From the human T2T-CHM13v2.0 reference genome, Homo sapiens, in assembly GCF_009914755.1 (NCBI RefSeq), contig NC_060927.1: DNA of 64,000 bases; one strand, 5' to 3'. The notes below the pieces were generated by a model, which did no database searches, was not told the DNA's origin, and was given only the letters and a program-made list of their open reading frames with translations. The first letter of the stretch is position 1; the number at the start of each line of letters is the position of its first letter. Below are positions 42,931 to 64,000 of the stretch, piece by piece. The position numbers were made by a program, and so were the translations under genes.

Positions 42931-43112
42931 GCAGTGTTCTCCACCAGGAACCACTTCCCTCCCATGGTTCATTTGGCAATGACTAGAGACTTTTTTTTAC
43001 CACTTGGAGTGAGGATTGCTGCTAGATAGAGGTCAGGGATGCAAATATCCTACAGTGCACACAGACAGCAGCACATCACAAGCTAAAACCCTTTGGCTCA
43101 AGATGTCCATAG
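42931..43112 (+). mobile_element. MER20
   Basis: cagtgttctccaccagg...atttggcaatgactagagac...tagaggtcagggatgc. Confidence 0.7.
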
Positions 43113-43800
43113 TGCTGAGTTTGAGAAACTCATTTATTGTTTATATTAAACACCTGCTTCTTGGCTTTACTTTAGTCAATATATTTCCAATTCCTTTTTC
43201 TGTAAGGTTCAGCTTAAAGTTCCAACTTTGTCCTGAGGCCCTTCCTTGTTGAGCCCTAAACCTACACTGTGATCTTTAGGTTCTCTTGTACCATCACTGA
43301 AATCTCGGCAATTAAGTGTTTATGATGTTTTATTTTCTATTTAATATCTGTAAGTCTGGTTTTCCAAATGAATTTTGTTTTATTGTTTTAAGCACACCTG
43401 CTGGCAGTAACAAAGTAATTTTGTTAGTCAAGGATTGTTACATATTTCTTCAGGACTTGCTAACTGCTGTTGACCTTCATGTTAGGGCTGAGTTGGTAGA
43501 ATGAAAAAAAGGGCCCAGGTCCTACCAACCCGGTCCTGTCTGACACATGTGGGGGTGAAGGGATAGATCAGTCCCTTTTGATGGCAGATTGGAATTGGTT
43601 ATCAACTAGATTGTAGAGGGGGTGGTAAAAAGCAGGAGCAAAAGTGGTGAGAAAAGTGACACTCTAGTTTCAGGGAGGAAGGTAGATCCACTTCAGCCAT
43701 TAAGCTAGTACAAGTTAAAAGACTCAACATCTCTTTGTTGGCTGTGGTCATTGTGAGCCGTGCTGTTAGAAGAGTCATCTTTGGTACAGCACTGACATAG

Positions 43801-48145
<4,345 letters not shown>

Positions 48146-48954
48146 CCCTGAATTATATAACTTTTAGGGCAGCATTTTCTGTTTTTGTTTTTATCAAATA
48201 GTTGTCCTCCATCAAAAAGCTGTATCTTTCACATTTTATGAATGCCCTCCCCATATATATATGTGGAATAGTATCACTTGAATTGCATCGTATTGATCTA
48301 ATTTAGAGTAACTGCTTGATTTATTTGAAAGTTAAGACTACAGTGTGTTCATAATTCATGTCAATTTATGGGGCTTAATTTCTGTCTCATGAGTTAGTGC
48401 CATAGAGTCTTTGAATCTCTTCAGAATTTCCATTACCTGGGGTCCCATACCTCTTGTCTGGCTGTTCCCATTAATGTGCTTTTTTTGGACCGCAAACATG
48501 TCATGTCAGATGGTTAATGGAAAGATGAGATTAAAACACACCACAAGACTCTGTGCATATGGAAATCTGAACTCACGCTATGAATTAGTGGGTGATTATT
48601 AAAAGCACAAAAAATTATTAATTTAAGAAATGAAAAGTATAAGCGTCCTATTTCAGTATAACTTGCCCTGGTATGTTTAAGTATGAAGTGCATGTGGAGA
48701 GTCTCATAAAATTTAAAGATAAATTTTAGGAACCAAAAGCAATTGTACATTAATAAGGATTAATATTAGGCATATCAAAAATTCTGTGAAATTAAATTAA
48801 AAATTAAAAATTCTGCTTGTTAAACCTCAAATTCCCCTTTCTAAAATAGGATAGGGAAAGGTGGAAAAAACTAATCATGCAAATAGCTTTTAATTATCCT
48901 CACCATTTTTAAAAGTAATAGCATACTTTTAAAATACATAATTCACTCATTTAA

Positions 48955-50800
<1,846 letters not shown>

Positions 50801-50829
50801 GTATAATATTTTTATGTCGACACTGGTTG

Positions 50830-51778
50830 CCTTCAGAATATTTTGGGACTATATCAGGAAGCTTTCAAGCTCACAGTGAAGAATAAAAATTGTCCAGACT
50901 TTTAGTTTTTTGCTTAGAAGTTCAAATTTTTATCATTGGTAACAAATACTGTCAGTTATTTATCTTGAAATGACAGGTTCACTTTATTTATTTTTGAGAA
51001 AATGTCTACCACATTCTCCTAATTTTTTTTTTTTTTTTTTGGAAATGGAGTCTTGCTCATCGCCCGGGCTGGCGTGCAGTGATGCAATCCTCAGCTCACT
51101 ACAACCTCCACCTCCTCAGTTCAAGTGATTCTCCTTGCCTCAGCCTCCTGTGTAGCTGGGATTACAGGCATGCACCACCCCGCCTGGCTAATTTTTGTAT
51201 TTTTAGTAAAGACAGGGTTTCACCATGTTGGCCAGGCTGATCTCGAACTCCTGACCTCAGGTGATCCGCCTGCTGGGTTTACAGGTGTGAGCCATCACAC
51301 CTAGTCTGCTAATCTAAATAAGCTTTATTTGTGTGGCAGTCCTTTCAGGTTAAAATGCTGTTCTATGAAAAATAGCTAGTTCAGCTGGCAACGGTCTAAA
51401 TAAAGGTATTGTTCTTTGAGAATCCCATACCTCTTTGATATGCAGCATAATTTTTTTAATACCTGTTTCTCATTTTGTTACACAGAATATGTAAAAGATG
51501 TATTCAAGGGTTGGGATTTAATGAAATTAGTAATTTTTATATCTTTTACACTTTAAGTGGAACAGATTTTTAAAATTACGAGTTTGTGAAAATTCTGGCT
51601 TCTGCTGCAGCTAGTAATACAGTTTGGTGCTGCTGTCCTGACTCTTGCTACATGGATTATCAGTTTTATCCACCTTGCTTTTATACCATCAGTGCACACA
51701 TTAACAGTGAACTAGTCAGCCCTTATTCTTTTGACAATAGCTTTGACCTCTTGGACCACAATTTGAAAACTGCTACCC
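50830..51778 (-). mobile_element. Charlie1-like hAT remnant interrupted by an Alu (51023-51305 -)
   Basis: ttcaaatttttatcattggtaacaaatactgtcagtt...; ends ttggaccacaatttgaaaactgct. Confidence 0.7.
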
Positions 51779-52683
51779 TAGTTTATAGGGTTGCTGCATG
51801 GGATGGAAGGTGATTACAGATGGGCTCCCGTTAATTTGTGTAAATTTGTTTAAGTAGTCAACCTGTGTAAAGAGATTGATCTGCTGTCACTAATGGTAGT
51901 ACTGTCTGCCTGAGGAAATGGTTAGCATTCCTGACTCCCGTGTCTCCTGGAATTTACACTATTCAGGCAGGTATCCTCACAAAATTTCCTTTTATATTAC
52001 TGGTGAAATGTGAGGAAAGAGGGATAAAAAGGTGTTTATGTTAATTTGATAAATGAATAGATGTGAAAAGTACCTAAGCAAATTATGTATTTTTATTGTG
52101 CAAGTACTGGTTGGATAGAACCTGTGATTATGTGCCTTAATCATAGGTACATGCCTTTTGTCTCTTAAGTGACAAAAGAGCCTGAAGATATTAACTGAAA
52201 GGGGAAAAAAAAGGAGAAAGTAAAGTTTATTTTGTTATTTAGTAGATAATAGACAAATTTTACTAGTCCATGCAAACATTGTAACTTGGATGATTAAGGT
52301 ATGGATTCATTCTGACTTAATAGGATAGTGTAACTAATGCCCACCTGGTTAGGTTTGTTATGAGTGAAAGAGTCAAAATATTATTTTAAACATACTAAGA
52401 ATAGGACCTAACACACCATAGACTTTCAGGCAGAGGTAGTTCATTTAAAAGATCTAAATGAGAGATCTGGGTTTTGTTTGGGTTGGGAGTTGGATAGCAT
52501 CAGGATGGAGCTTGTGATAAATGAGGCATGATGTGTGCTCTTCAATGACGGCATTCTCATTACTAATTATTCACATCTTAATTTTGTTAGTATTAGTGTC
52601 ATAGTATATTTTATATTTGTGTTTTGTGTTCAAGAATTGTGAAGCTACATGGTATTATATATTTTTTAATTTTTTGCTTATAG

Positions 52684-52854
52684 GATTCAGTGGTCCCAAT
52701 TTAAAGGCTATTTTATTTTCAAACTGGAGAAAGTGATGGATGATTTCAGAACTTCAGCTCCTGAGCCAAGAGGTCCTCCCAACCCTAATGTCGAATATAT
52801 TCCCTTTGATGAAATGAAGGAAAGAATACTGAAAATTGTCACTGGATTTAATGG
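52684..52854 (+). CDS. PPP4R2: PPP4R2 exon 3 (IQWSQFKGY...KIVTGFNG)
   Basis: ttttttgcttatag acceptor and TGG|GTATGC donor; 171 nt, stop-free and in frame with exon 2 (AT|G = Met). Confidence 0.96.
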
Positions 52855-53368
52855 GTATGCACTTAATACTGTTTTAAAGATTTAATTTTTAGCAGAAGAT
52901 GAATAGATTTTTCTTTTAGTTTTGATGTGTCTGGTTGATAATTGATTGATTATCCATTAGAATAAATTCCTTGTTTCTAGTGACATGTAGTAGTTGATGA
53001 TTTTTAGCTTACAACTATTTAAAATATTTGTAGCCTCTTAAAAAACTTGAACCACCTTTTTATAGGTATCAGTGGAAACAGTCATTTATCAGGAAACATT
53101 TTAATGGTTTTTCTTTCCTGTTTTATATTTGGTGTTATGTCTTCATACTTTATATAGAACCTTTATATCATTGAGAAATCACATTTCTTTTAAAACGAAA
53201 TACTAATTTATGGAAGTATTTTAGTGAGTTTTTGTTTAGACTTTTTTTGGAGTCATCATTTCTCTCCTAAGTAACGGCTTGCTTGTTAGTTACAAGTAAC
53301 CATTTTTGGCCGCTTGTAAAACATTAAAAACACTAAAAAGATATTCTGTACAAAAGTAAAACTCCCTG

Positions 53369-57426
<4,058 letters not shown>

Positions 57427-59047
57427 AAAGTACAGATTTTTCCCTCTTTGAAGTGGAAATTGTCCATGCACTTGTTTACTTGATTTCCTGAACTACAAGC
57501 TTCTGGAGAGCTGGGGTAACAGTCTTTTCCAAACAAGGCCTAGAAGAGTGAGTGCCTGAATATAGTAGGTTCTTAAACAGACAAGTATGGAATGACTAGG
57601 TGCGTGGATGGATAAATGAATGAATGAGTAAAGAAAAGAATATTGAATAACTGGGGACTAGAAAAAAAAGAATAAAAGTATATTTATATCTATTTTGTCT
57701 ATTGAGGCATAGAAGAATCACAATGGAATGCTTAATTTCTTTCTTTTTTTTTTTTTTTTTTGGTCATTTTCTTGTCTTTTAAAATTACTTTGGAACTTTA
57801 AAATTTCATAGAAGATGGATTATAACTACTCTCCAAAAGTGAAGTTACAGTTTGTCAGATGAGAAACACCAAAAATTAAAATGAACGAAACTAAAAATTT
57901 TAATGAAATGGTCAATTAAAAGACCATTTTATGCCCTCTGGAATTATAATAAAAAAGAGTATATGGGTTTACTCAAACCAGGGCCATTTATGAAAATCCT
58001 CCTCCTATTACAGAGACCATGAATATAATTTAGGAATTGCTAATAGGTAATGGTTCATTCCTATAATGGTATACACAAAGAGGCATTTTGAGGGATAGAG
58101 AGCATGTAAGTTACATTCCTGGCAGTTTTAAAAGATACCATTTTATGTTCTCTGAATTTTTCAAAATGAAAGAATAATGAATATAAAAGTAAGTTAATCT
58201 CTCAAGTCTTGACCCTTTCTTGTCATTGCTGTTACCTCTAAGTCCTCTCTAAAGTAGGCAGTCGGCCTCCTCACTCTGTGAATAGTAAACTAAAATAGTG
58301 TTCCTATATATTTATGAGGAGGTCTGGAAAAAGTGGAAAACTTTTGATACCTAATAATCTTTATATCATCTGTTAAGCAGGTACAGTCAGTCACAGCTGA
58401 GAGTACTGCTCATGATCTTTTAAAGTTATATATGAGACTTTTATACTCCAAAGTCTGGATTGTAGAATAAAACAACCCACATTTGATTTTTAGTTTGTGT
58501 GTTGTTTGCTTTACGGTTAGCTCCAGATGATTCAGGGACTGAGAGAATGGGTCCTTAGCCGTTTATTACTTTGTTCTCTGACACTGTTGATCCACTTTAT
58601 TGCTTCCTGATTTTTGTGCTCCCCAGTTGCCTGGGGAAAATAGGTTTTTGTGCTGTTAATTATTTGTGTCAGTGTTTGTTGAGTATATTAGTTAAAATGT
58701 ACTTATTTGTGGCAGATTTCTGTCTCTCTCACATACACAAACCCACACCCACCCACCCCTACTTACTTGTTTTTTCTTTATCCCCTTTCTTTCTCTTAGA
58801 ATAATTACTTGAGAATTAGCATGATTTTGTAACCATCCCTCCTTACTATTCCCCACCTGGTCTTGTCTAGTGGTAATATGGCTTGATGTGATACTCTCTT
58901 TAATAAACTTAAAAATTGAAATTAACAGAAAGCCTAATTAACTTTTTCTTGCTAGTTATATTTGATGCAAATAAAATAACAGTTCAGACTATAGGAACTC
59001 CAAGAGATGATTAACTTTATTAAAAGCTTTGACAATTGCTATAGATT

Positions 59048-59803
<756 letters not shown>

Positions 59804-60919
59804 CATAAATATAAATATTTATGAATGTGTATGTTTATGTAAATATTAAAGCCTGAGTAGAGAAAGAACATACTGCTTCAAGTAAAGCTAGTATCACAGG
59901 ATTCTAATGGTATTTCTGACTTTTGTAAGACTTTGTAGGTGTAAACAAAATTATGAACTTAGTCTTTGGTAACAGAGATATTGTTAGTTTCCATGTTGAC
60001 AGTTAAGTTTAACTCAGTATTTCTGTTAACTAAGACACCACTAATGTGGTCATTTAGTCAGAAAAGACAGTAAAATCCACATATACATGGGTAAAACAAA
60101 AGTGAATGACTGTTTTGACTTTTTTTTTAGTAGGATGTCAGATTTTTATGGTCATTTCTTTAGCTGTTTACTCCAGTAGCCTCTGTGCTACATGTTACAT
60201 TCCTTTGTCTTTTTCATGTGGAAAAGTTGCTTATATAATTTAAAGTTAAGGTAGTTAAACTGATTTTTTTAGAGTCTGAATGAAGTGCGCACTTATTTTT
60301 TGAGTGCCTTGTCAACTTAGTACTTTTATAGAAATTTAGGTTAAAATACATGCTTAAGACATTATTTCTTTAGTGTTTAGCCTTATGACTTAAAATTTAT
60401 CTTTTAAAAAATAGCATTGAATTGCTACTTTATGTTAAGATGTCTTTCCCTGATATTCAGCAACTTTCTTGGTATTTGAATTTCCATAGCTTTTAGGTGT
60501 ACAAGACTTCTGCTTTTAAAAAAAAGTAAATAGGGACAGCTTGCATTTAAATTAAGATATATAAGGTAAAATGTGTGGTCCTATTAATTAGGGTAAGTTA
60601 TTTTCCTTGGAATTAAAGGGAGTATTTTTAAAGACAGACGTATACTTTTGGTTTTGTTGGTCTTTGGACCATGTGTGCCTTCCCACAATCTCTATCAAAG
60701 AGTAGATGGAATGATGACAATAAGAACTAAAATTTATTGAACTTTCTGAAATATTTTAGGCACTGTTAGGTGATTTAATATACCATATACATTATGTCGT
60801 ATTTAGTCGTCATGATAATCTTTGAAGTGTACTTGTAGAACCCTTGTTTTCAGACAAGACCCATGAGACCCATGAAGACTCAGGTAAATTCAGTTTTGAG
60901 TAAGGTCTCCTAGTGGGGT

Positions 60920-60922
<3 letters not shown>

Positions 60923-60972
<50 letters not shown>

Positions 60973-60990
60973 TAAAATATATATATATAT
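60923..60990. repeat. (TG)24 followed by a short (TA)n
   Basis: Directly visible. Confidence 0.95.
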
Positions 60991-61182
60991 TTAGCAAAGG
61001 TGGATCCTTAATGTGTGGGGCGGGGGGTTTAAAAAATGTTACTGGATGTTGTAGGCACTGTTTTAAAAAATTTGAGATGCTAGCTAGTCATGTCCTTTTT
61101 TCAGTTCCTTATATCATCTTAGTTTTCCATTTTACAATATGAATAAATCAGATGATATATCATTGCAGAGTAAACCAAACGC

Positions 61183-61401
61183 TTTTTTTTTTTTTGGAGA
61201 CAGTCTCACTCTTATCACCCAGGCTGGAGTGCAGTGGCTCGATCTCGACTCACTGCAACTTGCAACCTCCACCGCCCAGGTTCAAGCAATTCTTTTGCCT
61301 CAGCCTCCCGAGTAGCTAGGATTACAGGCCAGGCTGGTTCTTGAACTCCTGACCTCAGGGGATCGCCTGCTTCGGCTTCCCAAAGTCCTGGGATTACAGG
61401 C
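61183..61401 (-). mobile_element. Alu with a central deletion
   Basis: The right arm jumps from ggattacagg to ccaggctggt; the linker is absent. Confidence 0.85.
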
Positions 61402-64000
61402 GTGAGCCACCGTGCCTGGCCCAGGGTTTTTTATTTTACAGTATAACTTTGCTAATGAACATCTGATCACCACTTCCCCCCAAATTTAAGGATTTCTGAA
61501 TAGACTTTTCATTGAGAATGAGTGGCATGTGCGTTTAACGCTCCTCTCCCTATATTTGCTTTTCTTAGTATGTGTGGGAAAAGCCTTAATATTTTCAGAA
61601 GTTAGAATAAACTATTTTGTATGCTATGTCTAATGGATGAGTATCAGAGAGCAGAGCTTTCATATACTTGTACCAAATGCTTTCATTTTGTACTGGTTTT
61701 TCTGGTTTATTCTTGTGCCTCCTTTTAGAGGCCTACCTCACACTAAGTTTTCCCAGTGTCACGCTTACTAAGCTTGGCATACAGTTTATTCTGTCTCCAT
61801 GGCACTTTTTATAGTGTTGTTATTTATTACTGTAATTGTAATTATTTACATGTCTTTTGACTGCTGTTGAACAAGGTTGGTATTTCTAGTTTATAATAGG
61901 CTCTTATATTTATGGAATAAGTTTAAAAGTACAGTCTGTATGTAAAGAGACCTTTCAATGCTGTTACGTTCATTTATCATACTAATATTTCCAGTGGATC
62001 CATTGATTTGCAGAAAGTGTTTGGTTGGGATTTAGCCTGTCGTGTGAGAAAAGGAAGTGTGTGACATTTTAGTGCCATCTATTGGATACTTGGTAAAATG
62101 ACTTTTAAAGCTTCTTTTACTTTTTGAAATAAGGATCTTTTGAAAAAAGCTTCTGAAATTGTCTAAGAACTTAAACTCGTTTTATCATTGCTGGTATTGC
62201 TATGTAAACACATACCCCCCTCCCAAAGCAGTATTAATATTAAACAACACATAAAATATTAATAATTGGCTACAATTTAACTTACATTTCTAAAGAAAAT
62301 TAGCCAAAGCATTCAGTGTACATGTTGTTAAACAAGAAGTTTTAAAATATTCATCTGTTAAAACTAATTTTAATTAGTGAGAAAACATTAGGTTTTAATG
62401 TGGGAAAGAATTTTAGTAGGAAGAAAAAGCATAATGACTAGACAGTATTTTTCAGTTAAGTACTATTTGAATACCCAAACACTTGTTGAATACCCAAACT
62501 GTTGGTGCTATTTTGTATATTTTGAATAATAAATTTTAATGACAGTATCACTATGGGGTGATTAATGAGGAAATAGCTTAGGTGTGTTGTGTGTGTAAGG
62601 TTTGAAGAGCCATGAACTAGAAGAGGAGCTAAGGTGAGTTATACCACTAATCTGAAATCCACGATAATACTGGGTTTCACGGACAGACAATTGAGAAACT
62701 AATACTGTTTGTTATACATGTGGAAAATGCTTAAACATTTTTAAAGTAGAGTTAGTTTTGTGTATTAGCTATAGATTTCTAATGGTTGTCTTTATAGGAA
62801 TGAAACAAAAGATGTATAAGCTTATTGTTTCATACTTAGTAACGCTGTTGGTGTGCTTTGTACTTCCCCATTTAAAAGGATTCTTCATTTTGACATTGTA
62901 CTTCACTCTGAGTAGATTTTCAAAAGCAAAAAAGTATTCTTCCTCAGAAACCCAGAGGAATTTCTAGTTGCTTCTGAATGTTTGGAATATCAGGCAAACA
63001 TTTAATCTTTTATTCTGTGCCTTGTCTTTTGGTAGAACAGTTTTCTCACTTTTAGGTTTGGATTCGATTTTAGGTTTGAGACAAAAGATTGATTCTTGGA
63101 CTCTCAAATTTATCTAAAAACATTTGTTCTCATATGAATAACATGCACTTTAAGCACTTTCAGAATTTTTTGCACATCTTATACTTTGAACATAAGAATA
63201 GTATTGACACAAAGAATATGAGAACCAAATGTAGTTTATCCAGTTAGAAAATAAACAACTATAATTTTGTAAAATACGTGTGGTACAATGGAAAGGACAT
63301 GAGATTTGAAGTTAGAGAGACTGAGTTTGAGTCCTGGCATTTTAACTCACTAACTACTATACCTTGTGGTGGAAGAAAATTCTGTATCACACTGCCTATA
63401 AAAAATGAAGACCTTTGTGAATGTTAACTATTAATTTGAGGCTTTGTAATTCTTTTCATTAAAGAGAATAAATAGATTGGTATGGCAGACACTGAAGTCT
63501 GAAGATTTGTTTGTATTTGTTAGCTGCGTTTGTCGTACCTCGTGCTCATAACTTTGCTGTTCTGTTCAGCTTGTAATTCTTATGAATGCTAATAGCTACA
63601 TGAGCTCAAAACTTTATAAAATGATTTTAGTTCCAACTTATATCAGTTTTGTATTTACTGTGGTCAAGGAAAAATTGAGGTATAGTGAAATTATTTGGTA
63701 AAGTTAAATAAAAGTTGTGTATATTTTAAGTTGGATTAAACTTAGATTATATATGAAATTGCAATAATGGAGCAGAACCACATTTAAAATATTTGTAGTT
63801 TTGTTTGAACATTTTAAAGAAACCTTTGAGTGCAGAAGAATACTTGAGGAAAAATACATATATTAAATAACCCCCAACTTGATTATTATTTGTGTTACCT
63901 CTCTTGTAAACTTAAAAATCAAATTATCAGGATTTAGAATTTTCTATTATATAAAAATTTTTTCCTCAGTTTTGAAGCTTTCTGTTGATTTTGGGTGTTC

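Overview
Human (primate) genomic DNA containing the 5' part of PPP4R2 (protein phosphatase 4 regulatory subunit 2) on the + strand. It includes a CpG-island promoter (~2480-3330) and coding exons 1 (2938-2971), 2 (3977-4058) and 3 (52684-52854), which splice in frame to [96 protein letters not shown]. Exon 4 lies beyond the window. The rest is a ~48.6 kb intron 2 and the start of intron 3, packed with about 60 Alus (roughly 4:1 antisense), L1/L2/MIR fragments, DNA transposon relics (MER3, MER2, MER8, Tigger3a, MER20, MER30, Charlie1), an MLT1 LTR and a U7 snRNA copy. I see no new multi-gene system. The most unusual structure is a ~750 bp palindrome in intron 3, where 83 bp of unique flank is copied in inverted orientation around two unrelated Alus. 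There are also several candidate cryptic exons in intron 2, two of them frame-preserving. Repeat families were assigned from memory of consensus sequences, and their coordinates are approximate.
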